Shown here piece by piece: positions 1-15,700 of a stretch of 64,000 nucleotides of DNA. Every line of letters begins with the position of its first letter. The first letter of the stretch is position 1. The stretch is from NCBI GenBank assembly GCA_030141605.1, contig JAQGDQ010000033.1, forward strand, positions 496,001 to 560,000, in the 5' to 3' direction. Under the pieces are notes generated by a model. That model saw nothing but the letters and a program-made list of their open reading frames with translations. It had not been told where the DNA came from and ran no database searches. The stretch comes from Tubiluchus corallicola (Eukaryota; Animalia; Priapulida). The position numbers were made by a program, and so were the translations under genes.

Positions 1-1165
1 TTTCGAAGTCCTAAATGGATAATGTCATGACGTTTTTAAACACCAGGCGTCGATTTCTTAAGCTTGAAGAACTACATTTGCATACCAAATCATAATCTTA
101 TATGTTCTCAAAGCAACGATGAGGCCTTTATATGCTGGCGACAGCCATGCTGTCAGCCATCTTGAATATGGCAGCCATACTGAATACTACATTAAGTATT
201 TCCCGCCAAACGAACGTTGATGCCGGCATATTTAAAAAATGACACAAGCTGGTGTATGCTAGGCACTAGGCAGTGTGAATGCCGTAAAGGCGAACTGTGT
301 GAAGGTACCGTGTGTGAAGGTTGTGTTTAACTGTTGCATGATTTCTACGGTTTGCTTAGAAATTGCGTTATTCCAATGTTGTGTTTAACTGTGTTTATCT
401 AGAAATTAGTCATTCGATCAATTATGATCACATTTAAAGTGGTTACATCGCTTTAATCTACAGGAATAAACCGTAAACTGTGTAAGTTGTGTAAATAATT
501 AATTTACAGATTTTTGTTAACTTTTAGGTACGCGTGTAAACTCGTCACGTAGTAGGTATCGGGTTGGTTACTTAGTTTATAGAGTTCGCTCTATAAGTTA
601 AAGAAAGATTCTGAAGCACCTAGCGGGATTAGTGTTTATATTGCACCGAAACCAGATGACGACATTTTTGTCTAAAATGAGCGCGCCCAGGTGTAAAGTA
701 ATCACTTTAAATTGAATTTACTAATTACGCAAGATGCTTATCACAATTTTATTGCTGAAACTTTTCAACATTTTCCCCAAATATTAAGATAGGCTGAACT
801 TGAAGAGAGACTTGGCTTTTGCTTTAATGCTAATCTTACTGCTATTTTTCTGGCAATCTCATTAAATGTGCTACCCATCTTAGCTATGTGATTCTGATTT
901 TAGTGCTTTATTAAAATAATTAAATGAGTGAAGAAAAGCAATAAAATTGAAACAATACTGTAGCTTATTTCAGTTATTTTAATTTGAATTTAATTTAATT
1001 ATTTCACATCACACACAAACAATAGTTAAAAAACAAATGTTTACATAAAACAATCATCAAATCAATGATGTGGGGGAGACGCTCAGATGCTAAATTGCCT
1101 GTTTATCAAAAAGTAAAATGTTTAAATGTTGAGCTTATTTGTAGTAGATCTTTCTTAGTGCTGGC

Positions 1166-1686
1166 TAGTGATGAACGTCGATCATTCAAATCGAATTCAA
1201 ACGGGTTGAATTCGATTTGAACAAAGTATTTTTTAGTTCGGATTCCATTTTAACCAACAATCATACATTCACATAATTCGATCAACACTTCAACTACATA
1301 CATGCTTTATCATTAAAAAGTTGAAATGTCATGCAATCATCATAGTCAGAATCAGAATACAATTTAGTTTGCCCCAATACCCATAAAAGTCTAAAAAATG
1401 CAAAATTTAATAATGCAACAGCCAAGAGAGACAGGGGTGGCGAAAAGACCAAAAGGTCGTCCAGTTTCGTTGCGATTTTTGTGCACAGTTTTAAAAAACA
1501 AATTATTAGTATTTTTACTGCAAAACAGTCATACATTATGCATGATTTTCCTGAGACGGTTTTTTATTAGTGACTGAAAAATTTTTAAAAGTGAATTCGG
1601 ACGCAAAATTCAGTTTGATTCGAGTTCGAAAAACACAAATTCGATTCAATTCAAATTCGCTTTCTGGCAGGAAATGCTCACCCCTC
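1166..1686. mobile_element. degenerate MITE-like element with ATTCGA/ATTCAA subterminal repeats
   Basis: GAATTC/ATTCGA motif clusters at both ends (1180-1280 and 1590-1660); weak termini TAGTGATGAAC / GCTCACCCCT. Confidence 0.45.
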
Positions 1687-2736
1687 GTACTGAGTCTGAT
1701 ATTGTGGATATCTTTCAGTGACGGAGTGCGAGTCAGTGATCGCTTTAGCAGCAGGGTAACAAAATCAATTAAATTAAACCCGAACACCTGTTTCAACTTC
1801 CCGCGGAGTTATTTTTGACGACAAGATTCATTGAAGTAAACATGGTTATTGAAAGTTCACGGAAGTAGTCTTTAATTCTAACTAAAAGAATTTTAGTGCT
1901 TGAAACTCCTTCGTGAGAAAGTCTAATACCTTTCCCTCTAGTCTACACGTGATCAGTAAAAAGTGATATACCGTTGTTCAGTAATGCGGTGATAAGCAGC
2001 GCTTTAACGAATCAGCTTCCTCGTATACTTAATGGTACCCTACCTGTAGTCGTTATGACTGTGCATGTAACGCGTTTACTACGTTTTTGTTTACTGACAT
2101 AGCCAAGTCAAATCAGTAAGTAGAAAGATTACCATAATTAGTAAATGATGATTATTATTAACCAATAGTCAACTAATTTAAATTTTAACGGTGAAAGAAA
2201 ACCGTCTGTTGAAAGGTGTTAGAAAGACGATACCACTGTATATGTTTTTTCTTGAAATAAGGCATCTGCCATCCTGGATAATTGAGTTTTCCTTTTCCTA
2301 GTTTTTCATTCTCGTCTGCTGGTCAACATTTATTACTGGTACTAAATGGTAGTTTGCGTATAACAGTGTGTTTTATTGTTTAACTGATTCATGCCAATTT
2401 ATAACCTGAAAGCGCTTTGAAAAAGCAGTGTAGTGACAAAGTTTTTGTGTAATATGGATGTGGTTGATAGTAGAATTCTTGGTAATACATTTCAATATCA
2501 TTTATTGTAACAACACATTTAGGCGTGTTTCTTGAATTTACGTGAGTATTGAAAAACGCTATTTAAAACAGCATTAAGCGCTAGAGAAGCAAATTTCTCA
2601 CTCCCACGTAAGTGATTTTGTTATGTAAAAACATATTGTGGTTTTGGCTTCATGTTTTTATTCACTTATTTCTGTTACCTAATTTGTAAATAACTATGCA
2701 AAAGTGTGGTGTCATTAGTTAAAACCATGTTCATAC

Positions 2737-3263
2737 TAGAGATGCACCAACTTAATTGGTTTTTGTGAATATTGGGCATTTTTTAGTAATTGGTATTTGG
2801 CCAGTTATTGTAAATAATATTTAGTCGAGATGGCGGCGCAGAAATTTTTCTGTTTGCATGCTGTTGTTGAAAACAGTAGTGTCCGACAAGCGCGTAATCA
2901 CATGCTTTGTTTCATCTGCTGTTTGTTAACGTTTGTTTCATCATTAATTTTTTAAACTATAAAAAATTATTAAGGATGGCAACAAACAAAACCAGTAGAG
3001 TGTGGAGTGTTTTTAAAATAAAAGTTGTTAATGAGAATTAAGTAAATAAAGAAAACATGGCAATGAGTTGGTGTTTTTGCCTGCCATTCAAAATCAAGTT
3101 TCAATAGTGAATTAAATTTTTTTACAGATTGTACAAACTTAAAACACAGGGTATAGCAATGATCTACCAATTTTAAATAATCAGTGAATTAATCAGTAAT
3201 CGGCCGATTAGTATTAGTATCGGTATTAGTTAATCAGTAAATTCCACAATTAGTGCACCTCTA
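2737..3263. mobile_element. MITE-like element
   Basis: Termini TAGAGATGCAC / GTGCACCTCTA (10/11 inverted match) with subterminal ATCGGT/ATCAGT-like repeats. Confidence 0.65.
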
Positions 3264-6200
3264 CCCAGTGCCTAAATGAGAAAAACACTCAGTGGTGTAC
3301 TGTTTACATTTCTCTGAGGGAGGATGTATACTCATTCATATATTTTATATTTATTGTGTCGAAGATGGTATAAAGATTGTGATGTAGAGTAATGATGTAG
3401 AATAGAGAAGATGATTATCCTTGATAATGTGCTGCATTAAGTATGCCCTGCCATCCAGTTTGCAGAGTGCCAAACTGTTTAAAAACATTGGATTTTAACA
3501 GTGTTAAGTCAGTACAAATCAATTGAACTGCTTATGGTAAATAATGATTAACCCATTTGGCTAATTGCTAATGAGTTGAAAAAAGAAGACCTGAAAAACT
3601 GCGAATTCTAAATTGGGAACTTGAATTCGAGATCTTGCAATTAGAACTAAAATTGAACTGAATTGAAGACCAGCTAATATGATTAATTATATAAAAAGGT
3701 CTGCATATGCCTTGGTTATGTTATCAAAGGTTCCATTTCCAGTTACAAGCTAATCTATTAAATTTCACATGCCTCACATTCACAATGGTACAAGACTGTT
3801 GACATAAAAATCTAGCAGTGCAGTACAAACACACAATTTGAAGAATTTTAGTGTTCTCGGTAATTGACATTATTCAGCAATGTAATTTGTTATCAAAGTT
3901 AATTCTACAGACAAGTACTTCTGTTATACAGTTTGTTAGAAATGAATAAAGAATGGAATATGGCCATCAGCATCTTTAACAGTCAGTAACTTACAACAAG
4001 AAAAAATAACTGGAAATGTAACTTGGAATTTTCTCTGCTACTTTGTGTAAATCTTAATATTCTGCCTTAATGACTTTTTAGGAAATGTTTCAAATGTCCC
4101 ACTGCTCATTTTCTGTTTAACTCTCAACGTCTAGGAAACAATCTTGAACCCCAAAAAATCGTTTACATATTTTGCTTTCTTTATTGAATGAGTGCAGTGA
4201 TGCTATAAAAATAATATTATCATTATAGCTTGACACCTAAACGGTCTTAAAGTACACAATATTCAATAGCAAAGCAGTGATTTATTGATTTTGAATAGCG
4301 CATTAATTTTATCAGTTGATTAAAATAATTTCAACTTCTTCCTCCATTGAAATAACAGTTTATTCTTACCTAGAACATTAGAAACAAAATTAGGAACCAA
4401 TTTTAAGTAGAAATATAAAATGTAAAAACAAAAAGGTCAATTTGGTCATGCTTGATTTATATACATCTTATCATCCCTATAAGTAAGCTATTGCTTAAAT
4501 TAAATAATTAATATTCACTTAAATTTGTATGTAGTAAATAACTACTATTTTAGTGCTCCATGGGTGCAGAGATGAGTAAAGTGCTAAATATGTTAAAACT
4601 GAAATGCCAGTGATACAAACTATGCTTTAATACTCTTTCTGAACTCAGCATTTTTCTTATAAAATGTGATGACTTTATACTATCAGGCTATTCAGATGAA
4701 ACATGTTTCATTCGGTTACTACTGTTTCTGCTATGCAACTTGAACAAAAAAATCATTTTAGTTTATAAACGAAATATAATGTGCTACAATTCCTGCAAAG
4801 TAACTTACTGCTAATATGTGGGCACGATTGCTGTGAAATTACTGTACCGCTGTTTTAATAGGGTGAGGTTCTGGGTGCATTTGCATTAATATTAGCAAAC
4901 TGTGTAGACAGTTGTGCTTGAAACTGTGATTTAAATGTTTTGTAACCTTAGTAATATTGTATTAACAAACGAAAGATGGACAACACTTTAAAGGCCTCTT
5001 CAGCTTGTGTTTCAGCCGTAGCAATATGTAAAAATTATATGAGAGAATTATCTCTTCTTGGATGAAATAAATAGGTTTCTTTTGAACAATTGGATATGTG
5101 AAATAATCTATGTTCAGAAAAAAGTATTCTTGAATATAAGAACTAAAACTCATACTATCCCATTTATACACTAAAACTGGTAGCATTTTCATAGAGCTCT
5201 ATTTAGCTTGAATAGTGTTAATGTCAGTAAAAAAAGGTTACCAAATGATAATTTTTTATCCTGTGTTCAATTGTTCAAACATCAAGTCTTTATTATTTCT
5301 TTTGTAGCTGTTATGGGAAAAGCAATAAATTGAGTTCTAGCCATTTTTGACAATGTTTCCTTTGATTTATACATTAATATAAGTTATGAGCGCAATTTAT
5401 TTTCAGTTCGTAGATTTAATTTTTCACTCTGTGCCATTATGGGTGTCATATATGGTCGTTTGTAATGATATCTGACTTTCAAAATATCTTCTATTTTGCT
5501 TGTAGTAAATCACTGTCTTTCTTAATCAATATCCTGGACTTTAGGTTAAGTGTTGGGACTTATCACTTCCAAACCGTAACTGAACGTTTAAATTTTGATA
5601 TATTACCTATAAACCCCTTAACTTGGTCATCTAGCTGAAAGTTACGCAACACTTTGTTTGTCTGGTTAACTAGCTAGTCGACATTTGGTTTTGCTGCTCA
5701 AGTTTGCCCGCTTGATGACCCAACCTACTCTAGTAGTGTTTTCAAAATAAATGTAAGATTTGTGTAATCGAATTGCAACTTTTCAGGCTGAATTGTTGCT
5801 TTACATGCAATTTATGTAATGAGATCGTTCAATTTATGTGATAACGTAATCAGGATGTAATCTAATGTGTAACGGAGAAGACACATCATCCTGAAATTAA
5901 GGTTTTAAGTTAAGTGAATTCTGTATTATGCAAGTGGAAATATTGTACATTATTCTACAATGGACTTTAGGTGTACAACATCCCACTAACTTAAACAGAA
6001 TTGTATGCTTAGAATGACACTTTTGCTTTTTATTGACTAGCTGATTTATTAGATAGTATTTGCCCCAGACACTGTTAAGCTCTTTGACTACCATGGCAAA
6101 TTGAGATTTCCAAACTCCAGTGTGAAGTACCCAAAATATATTTTCTTTTTCTTTGTGCAATATTTTATAATTATATTACAAATCTCGTAATTTTAATATA

Positions 6201-8347
6201 GCCATGTTCTTATTTATTCTGTTCTATGTTATCTTTATCTGGATTTATAATAATAAACACAGTTTTTGGGAGGAGTGTAGTCTGAATGTCTGCGTATGGA
6301 AAATATTGTTGTTATTATGATTAATCATCCAAAATATGAAAAAGAATAACAATTCCAAAATAGATTATTAATAATATTATGCGTATATAATTTATGTTTG
6401 CCATAAATCATATGGGGCCCATATTAAGTTTTTTACACTGTTTGCCTCTTTACACACTAAAATCCAATACTCAACAACAGGTAGCTTGGAATCGCTTAGC
6501 TCACCTTTAAGAACAGTCCTGCATGAGATGATGAATGGAGTGCATCCATGTTTATTAGATGTTTGTCGTCTTTTAGATAAATAACAGTGGACTCTGGGCT
6601 TATAACTGTCCATAAATGTCCCAGCAGTTGATCATCTGTTTACTGGCCCAACATCTCGGCTATATGTTGTGACCACTCACATATTATTTTGTTGAATTAC
6701 TCTTCGTTCTTTATCACTAAAAACGTCGTACTATGAATTGAATAGCTGAGTGGTTATGAAATGTGCTTGGCTAAAAAGTTGAGAAATGCCTGGTTAGTAA
6801 ATGGATGTGTGACCACCAACAAAACTGATTTTATACTTCAGCTATTTCTTTGGTTTCATCAGAAAGTATGCCACTTGTCATGACTAAGGCAACTCTGTCG
6901 TATATATTTCTAGAGTTTGGCTAACTGTTATACATATACCATTACGGTTTGAATGCATGTTAATTATGTGACCTTAATGTGAATTTAATAATCACTGAAA
7001 TTTCTGTATGGGTAAAGAATTCCATGTGCCCTGCAAATATATCCTACATATTTTGTTAATAACTTCACAGTATTTTTAAATTTAGTAATATGCCAAGCTT
7101 TTTTGGCAAGAGCACTGTAAATGAATGTTCTACTAAACTTAATTTAGTAATTGAGGAACCTAGAGCATATAAATGCAGCTGTGAGGTGTAATAAATAAAG
7201 TTGCAATAAAACAATGCTGTGTTGGGTGGTCTAAGAAAAAAATTAACTAATGCTGTAAATTAGTTATCAGTTGTGTTAATAATTTCTAAGAATGAGCATC
7301 ACTTTTTATTTCACAGATTAGTGAGTCTATATGAGGAAGTCGTTTTATTCTGTCTGCCTGAATATAAAAGTAATTTCTAGATTCAGTAATTTCAGTGAAA
7401 ACACCGAGTCAGCTCTGGAATAAATCTTGATGTGTATGATTCTCTTCATACGAATAAAGAAGTAACTAATTTTTAAACTTATATGGGTTTAGCAATAGAC
7501 AGCCAATTTGAACTTCCACATCATCGTTTTAACAAAGCATTTTGAATAAATGTGTGGGTGTTCATTACAGATGTAATTAAGTTCTTATCCCTTTGCAGAA
7601 GATACTGTGTGTAATTGTCATAATTATCAGTTATGTGAATTTGCATAATAATTACGCATGAATAATTACATAATCTTTACAACAAAATTTATAACAGCAA
7701 AAGAAGTAAAGCATGGCCACACAGTAACAAAGCAGGTTTAAAATAGGTGTTATTCCTGTGTCAACAGAAAGTACATGTGGGTATTAGAAGATAATGTACA
7801 ATTCAAAAATACATTTGGTATGTCTTTTTAGCTTTCTGTTTTGCAACTGTGGGGCTTTAAAGACTGATCATACCCAGTGTGGCAATTTAAATTTGTAGCT
7901 ACTGTTGAATTTTTCTGCTGTTCTTTCTATATACGCCAAAAAATGTTGTACAAACATTTTTTTACAAAATTCTGACATCTCTTATGCAGGGAACAGCACT
8001 TTCAAATGGCGTCCGACATGACTGATAATTTTGCTGAGTGGTAAAAATGGCACATAGTTATTTTGATGCAATTGATTTCGATAATAAAACTAGAAGGTGC
8101 TCAGTAGGAAGCAGCTGTCCACCAAAGCCGAACAGTCTTAAAGTTATTCGTCTGATTCTTTTAATTAAAAAACGTAAAACAAAAATAAACAAGCAAATGT
8201 ACAAAATTGTACCTCTATTGGTATTACATAGATTAGCGAAAGACTCACAAAATATTTTGTTCATTAAAATAATAGAATTATAATCAATAATTCACAAATG
8301 TTTATCTACTTTTCTTTAAGCATTAATTCTGGCGATGGTAATAGACT

Positions 8348-8350
<3 letters not shown>

Positions 8351-8394
<44 letters not shown>
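8351..8394. repeat. (AT)n microsatellite
   Basis: direct reading. Confidence 0.95.
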
Positions 8395-8398
<4 letters not shown>

Positions 8399-11300
8399 TT
8401 ACATACCAAGTCAGCTTATTGTAATAATAAGCTATACACATTAATAAGCAAAGGTTATAGACAGCGTTACACAGTTTTACAAGCGAGAATTTCTTGAAAT
8501 GGAACCTGGAACTAACTCGTAGTTCTTTGTTCTGATGGAGATAATAAAAAAGTATTAAACACTACCTCTGAGGCACAAAGTGCTTCACGAATATTTTTTT
8601 GTTTGGTCAAGTTTTGCGAAAAAAGAACCAGCAAAAAAAATGCCCATTTTGGCACCTTATATCCGTCTTCTCCACAAAGTTTCTTGGAAAGATGTTTATT
8701 AGGAAATTTTTGCATAATATGCTTTCAGCTGTAACAGACAAAAACAAACAAACAGCTTACTTCCTTGGCAGAAGTAAAAATAACTAGAATAAATATTCCC
8801 CATAGTAATCCTACCACTAAACTCATATTTTACTAGATGTGTCTTTTTTCTTGTGCCATTGTTTTCATGTAATATTTTTACTGGTGCCATTTTTACCTAT
8901 TTTTCCATCTGTACGATTTTTTCCTGTTCATTTTTACTTACACTCGATAATTCCATGTAATATATCAATTACTTATGCAACAGAACAAACTCGTGCTACT
9001 ACTGACATTGTCAATGTTGTGGTTATGTAACCCTCCCGGCTGTAAAGAATGCCATATTAGGTCAACTATTATTTATCTTATGGCTGTTGGTTGTAGTCAA
9101 GAAAGAGGGTACAGTCATTTGGAAGAGTTAGTAAATAACACAACTACAGAAGAGCAATCAATACCTAGGTTTAATTGCATTAAGAAAATATGTACGATGT
9201 GTGGTATGTGCTTCTTCCGGAGTAGCTACTATGTGGTTTGGTTTCAAACTTCGTGTTATGTATATCAATTGTTTTCCTTTATGTACATCTTTAATAACTA
9301 TCCGTATTTACTTTGCTACTTTATTGAAAAATGCTGTCAAGATACATGATTTTTGGACTTTGTATCCTCAGTATTTAACTGTCCTTCTATTCTCGGAAGC
9401 AGCTGTTTATGTCTTTAGGTGCACATACCTGAGACCTAGATTAATATGCTAAGTGTTAGTGTTGCTACTTTTAGTACATTTGCACCGTGTATTATTTACC
9501 TGCACCGTGTACTGTGAACGCTAGCGATTAATTTAACTAAACAGTTGTCTCATTAGGTCACATTAGCTATAACAAAATCACATGGGTGAACAAGTCTGAC
9601 GCTGGTCATTTCGAAATTTATTAATGTGTTTGTATGAGTATGATACGCTTTCTGAATATCTCATTGGAGCGATTACACCCCATCATCCTTTCACTAGAAA
9701 TACTGAGTTCTGTAGCGTAAGTTGCACCAATATTCTGCTGGAACCCACTCCCGGATTGTAAATTTAAACCTTTTAGAGATGAACAAACTGTCTTGAATGA
9801 CGTTTGCACGGGTTTTTACTCAGCACCTGATTTCCTTGGCCTAGACACGCCACTTTATGGTCAACTATCGGCTGTGCCTTTAGCTTGTCAATAATTTTGA
9901 AGCACATACTGAGAGACAGTGTTACTTTGAAAAGGATCGCTTCTGCGGACGGGCGTGTTGCGTAATGACTTCAACTTGTGAAAATGTGACTTCGTCATTT
10001 CTATATCGTCATTTCTTGATTTTTGGATCTGCGTGTTGATAAATCTAATTAGTATCGTCATTAACGTTACAAGTCATCAATGAGAATGGAACTGAAATAA
10101 TTATATATGCGAACTGTGTATAGTGCCACAGCGTGCTATTATAATGATTTTTATGACGATGATTGTGCACTAATCTAAATGAATGTTTAACTAATCAGAA
10201 TAGAAGCCATGATTACGAACGAATTGTGTACTAAGACTGTGTGTCCACTTCACAAGGTATCTTTATATTAGAGCATTTGAATCATTATGTCCACCCAAGC
10301 AGAAACATTTAATTAAAAACGCAAAAAAAGGGTTTGGCTATAAACCATTTTCTGGAATTCCATTTAGGTTTATAATTATATAAAAAACCTAGAAAACATT
10401 TTTTATTATATTACGGCAATTTTACTGTGTATCTACGTAAAATTAAACTTTACAAGCTTCTTATTTTCAAATGCTGTTGTTTATACATTCATAGCAAAAA
10501 ATGTTGGTAGCTTTCTGAGTAGCATTCATTTTGTGAGACTAATGACTTTGTTTATTCAGCTACCGTGCATGCAGATTTCACGTTGTTTTATAAAGCCTGA
10601 TTTTTTTAAATACGCCAAGTAGGCCTACAAAATATCAGAATTCTATCACTAAAGTGATAATAGAAAAAAAGCTTTTTGCTCTCAGTTGCTTAAATTTATG
10701 TATACGCGATATTCGGCATTTGCGGGCTTTATTGTTTATACTTGTTGATAATGTAAATTTACGTGGCAGTGTTTATTAGCTGAATGCCTTACCTAGCAAC
10801 AAAGACAGATTTGTAGGACAGATTAAACTGAACGGAAATTAAGATTCCAGGATTATAGTTTATTTCGTTACATGTGTCGAAGCTATTGGGCATTTGTTCC
10901 TGTAAGAAGGCTTAGTGCAAACATTTCTATTTAATTGCGGATCGTTGTGTAACTGTGGCAGCACGTAGCTACTGTCAGTCTTATGCATGGATTTTTTAGA
11001 AAAGGAAAATAACATATTACATTGCATGTGAATGGCCAAAGGAGGATTCCAGTTGCTACGAGAAATTCATTGTTCTATAATAACACAACATTTTTACAGC
11101 AAATATTCATTTCTGTACCATTTTTTTGCCCCGAAGTTTATTAAATTACTTTTCTTGCATTTCTTCTTCTCTATATTCAGTAGGCTTAAATTAATCTAAG
11201 ATGTACAGTGATAATAAAATGTGGCTGATCGCTTGCGTTGCAAAGTTAGATTATATAGTATAAGTAGCATGCCAGAAACAGTTACCGTAGGCGTTTAAGT

Positions 11301-12125
11301 TTTTAAAATATTTGTCTCTAATACGTTATAAGTGCTTTGTTACAACAAATACGTTACAACATTTCAAAAAATAAATTTCAATTTGTGAAAATAACTGTAT
11401 TAAAAAAATCTAGAAATTCTTTTGCGTTTCCGACAAACTACTGTCCGATAATTGGACATGAAAATGATCTGTTTTGTGCAGTTTATATTTGCTTTGTATG
11501 ATTACATTTTGTTATTGGCATTTTATTTCTAACCCATTTTTTCGTTTTTTTTTGGTTTATTTTTATTTTGAAAACAGAAATTTTAAGGTACGCACAGATC
11601 TTCGGTTCGTACATTTAGTAATTCCAATGTTTGTTTATTGGCGTTACTCCCATAAGGCTCTATGTTTATCATTTTGTCAGATAATTATTTTTTGCATTAA
11701 TCTTCACTGTAAAACTGTTGTCGTCAAATTCTGGACGATCCGCAGATTTTTATGTGCTGGTCGTACTCCCTCTTCCCCCAATGTTGTACGTACGTTTAGA
11801 TCTGTAGATAATCATGTTACAGCATAAGCAGATTTGATTATTTGTGGATGAGGGTTATTTATAATATCGTGTGTACAAGCACCCTGCATACTGAAGAGCT
11901 GTGCTGCCAAGGTCAAATCCTCCTGAAAGTCTGAAACTATCACGGAACTATTTTATAGCAAAGTAAAACTGGAAAATGCCCAGTATTATACAAAATTTAA
12001 TGAGGCTTTATTCAGCTGTGATGGCTCATTGAAACTGATTAAAGTTAGTGTCTTGTGTCTTATTATTTATTTCTCAAAATAATTTTTTTATTTAAAAAAT
12101 ATCAATAAATGTCTCATATATTACA

Positions 12126-12127
<2 letters not shown>

Positions 12128-12169
<42 letters not shown>
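12128..12169. repeat. (AT)n microsatellite
   Basis: direct reading. Confidence 0.95.
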
Positions 12170-12172
<3 letters not shown>

Positions 12173-12662
12173 TATAATTTACCTATTTCCTGGTATGAAG
12201 AACACTGTAACCTAAAGTCAAAATATAAGGGTTTTTTAGTTTGTAAGCTTCACAAAAAATTGCAGGATTTGATATGAAGCATATATCTGTGTGTGTGTGT
12301 GTGCGTGCGTGCGTGCGTGAGAGTGTGTGTGTGAGAGTATGTCTAAGTGTTACATTATTTAGCGTTATTTGCATTAAATGGTGTAACTTTAGGTCTATGT
12401 TTTTATTCAGTGTAAACTATCGTGTAAACTAAAAACTGATAGACTGGATGAATTGATAACGTCATAACTGAGAACATTCTAGATACTACAAATTCTGCAT
12501 GAAAAAAACATATTTGTACAAGTTCTCTTTCATGAGTCTTAATTAACGTGTGGTGTATTGAGTAATTTTAGAGTTTTTATAGATTATTATAGAGGTGTTT
12601 AGTAATTATTTACAGAAAATTTGCTTGTTTATTTTCAGCTGTCTGTGAAGCTGACAGTGGAG

Positions 12663-12744
12663 ATGGCTCTGCGGATCTACGTGTTTGCTTGCATTGTTTT
12701 GAGCGTTTTGTGCAGAATCGAACCAAACAGTGGATTTCCTGGAG
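12663..12744 (+). CDS. dome: receptor coding exon 1, signal peptide MALRIYVFACIVLSVLCRIEPNSGFPG
   Basis: Acceptor ttttcag ends at 12638, ATG at 12663, hydrophobic stretch, donor G|gtaggc in phase 1 matching the Ig exon. Confidence 0.8.
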
Positions 12745-15700
12745 GTAGGCTGACTACATGCACATTCATGTTTCTTTATTAAATCCTGGAGTTGGTTAAA
12801 TTTTCAACTATTTCATTATTAGATTCAGTTAAATACCTGGATACTATTGTATTGTATGCAGAAACACTGCACAAGTCCTAAAACATGCATAATTACATGT
12901 GTAGTATTTAGTGAATACTGACGACAAATTCACAACAGTCGGAAACATCATGTAGCTCTGGCTTATTCGGTAAACCAAAAAAGCGTTGATTTAACTTCCA
13001 CTTATAGGTTCTCATCTTGTCTTACCAGGTACCACATCACCTTTTAAATCAGGCAAGTGTATGTTAATATCTGTTACCTTACCAATTACCACATCGCCTG
13101 TTAAATCAGACAACTGTATGCTAATATCTCTTTGATTGTTGTTGTTGTTGTTGTTCATTTCATTTTCTCAAAGCAGCTATTCCAGTTCGCAAGCACCGTT
13201 CGCTGAGAGTCATATCTGTCTCGCACATGGTGAACCTACAGCGTCAATTCTGCCTAGGTTTGAGTAAACATTTACTAGTCTTGTTTGCACGCACCAGCGA
13301 GCGAGTGGGTCCACGATGTTTTTTTTCAAGGTCTTGCACTCGCTGGGTTCTTAAGATGAACTTATCATATACAGCACAGATCTTGTTCTCAATATGTGTA
13401 CCCTGTGCTTGCACTCGTGCTATTTCTGGGGCACCATAAACTGATGAGGAATATGATGCCTGCTATTGGTTGGCCTGTGAAAAAATCATAACATTATCGT
13501 TTACAAGTGGTGGGCTTGTAACCACATTGCAACACAATGTCGGGCGAAAACGGAAAGGGGAAGGCACAAAACAAAAAAATGTAATAGACTCACAGTCCAC
13601 ATGAAATCGTCACTGACGCAAATGAATACACTGTAATTCTTGTGTTTCCGAAATTGAGGTCGAAGGTCAAGTCCGCAGGGGATTCATTTACCTACAGTAT
13701 AGTCAGAATAACTAAATGAAATTGACTTAATAGTATTCAGGATTTTAGTCGACATTTTCTTTGAGATAAGTTCCTTCTTCATATTCTGCACACGTAGGCG
13801 TGTTTCTTTCTACCACCGCGCATTTCTAAAATTTTAAAAGTAATTTAAGCCGAGCAAATAACGTATCATTAACCAGAGTTTTTAGTAACGCTATTTCCTG
13901 ATTTTTGATATTTAATATCGAATGCCTTTACAACATAGTTCATTTAGCCGATAATTCATATATTGAAATTTTCGCGAGCATAGGAATAAGAATTAATAAA
14001 TCAAGGTAAAAAAAGTCGCAGAAAAAACTCACAGGAATAAAGAAATATCCCTAACCCTAACCTTAATTTTAGCCGAAATTAATTGTGACCTTTTTCTGTA
14101 ACTTTTTCCTAGCCAAAATTGTGACTTATTTCCAAGACTTTTTTCCTGTGACTTAATTACCGATTACCGAATTAATTGCCTTTTTGCGGTTCTGTTAACA
14201 CTGTGAAACAAAAATATCTAAAATTATCGACTTCTATGTTTTCAAATCCGAAATATTTTCAGCGAACAGAATAGAGTACTCGAGTAAACCAGGCCATTGA
14301 CGTCATTCGATAATTAAAATGTCGTTTTGATTTAAACTTGTGGACTGAGTGAATACACCTACGCGCGACTGAATGTAAGAAAGCTTAAACACCCCGACGT
14401 TTTACTTAGCACTAAATCTTGTGACTTATATTGTATATAAAACATTATATGATTTTTTTCACAAAATCTCTTAGACGGTGCTGACGTAATATAATATATT
14501 TTTACCAAAACGAACCTTTGAGAAAGTTTATCAGTTATATGAAAATTTCCATGTATTTCAGCGACAAGTGCAGAATGCAGTAATAGTTAGCACTGATATA
14601 AAAATGTGCACATGCAGTAAAGCATTATTTATAAAAGAATTAGTTTGTTATAATTTGAGGTATATTGTGCATATTTCATGAGAGTAATTCATATTTCAAA
14701 TATAGTTGCAAACGTACGTTTTTCGCATAGCGCTTTTCTTAAATACGCTGAATTTTTAATTTTTTTCAACTATATTTTGGGATGTTTTGGATCAATTTAT
14801 GTAATAGATGTTAGTCATATGTTAAGTACAGTAGCTGTGACCACGAATAGTTTTTGTCAGCTATTTGTTAGTTCAGCTTTTGCCTGTTTTTTGTTTATTG
14901 TCTAACACTGCTTTTATGAGTTTTTCTCCTCTCTGGTTTCCCCTTGGGGTGTCATACGTAGTCTCTTTGGGCAGATAAAAATGTAGCATTTTTCCTCGGT
15001 TTGTTTTAGAAATTTTGCTCCACTTACAGTGTATCGTGTTTGGTCTGCCATGTTAGAAACTAATTTACCATGTCATCAAAATGATTAAGCCAAAATTAAA
15101 GTTCTACTCTTATTGTGTAATCACTTAACCATGGCCTAAAACTTGTGACAGTTTATCACATTGGTTTTACCTCACATCTTACATATATTTTATATACTTA
15201 TGTGCTATTATCTGCGGTGATATCATCGATGGATTCCCCCCAGTTTTTTGCGTTTTTATGGCGAAATTGTCAGTTGTATTAATCTTTAACTCATATAAGA
15301 TAACAATTTTTTATGTATTGTACATGTCACGTTTGTTGAACATCGATATCGATATAGTAAATACTGCAACTAGACAAACTGCAAAGAACCAACCTTGATG
15401 TGCTTCGACAATCACTCCAGTGCCCCAGGCAAATACTATACACACATTTCCTAGTACTGCTTTGAAACTTAAACTTGGTATGTTAAACAGCCCTGCGATT
15501 GAATCTTCTCTTAACTTTTACCTAATCTAATCCTTATCATGAAAAATTCCTTTAGCTAATGAAATTCAGTATGATATTATAAAAACAAGTGTACTAACAC
15601 TGTGATAGTGTGATACTAAATATGCTTTATTATATCACTTACAGGTGTAAAAAAAACGAAGGTTATTAGGCTGCTTTTCAAACTACTTGGCTATGTTGAC

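Noticed and set aside
14048-14063. CCCTAA telomere-like units
   Set aside because: Only about two units, lying inside a foldback repeat; not an interstitial telomere array
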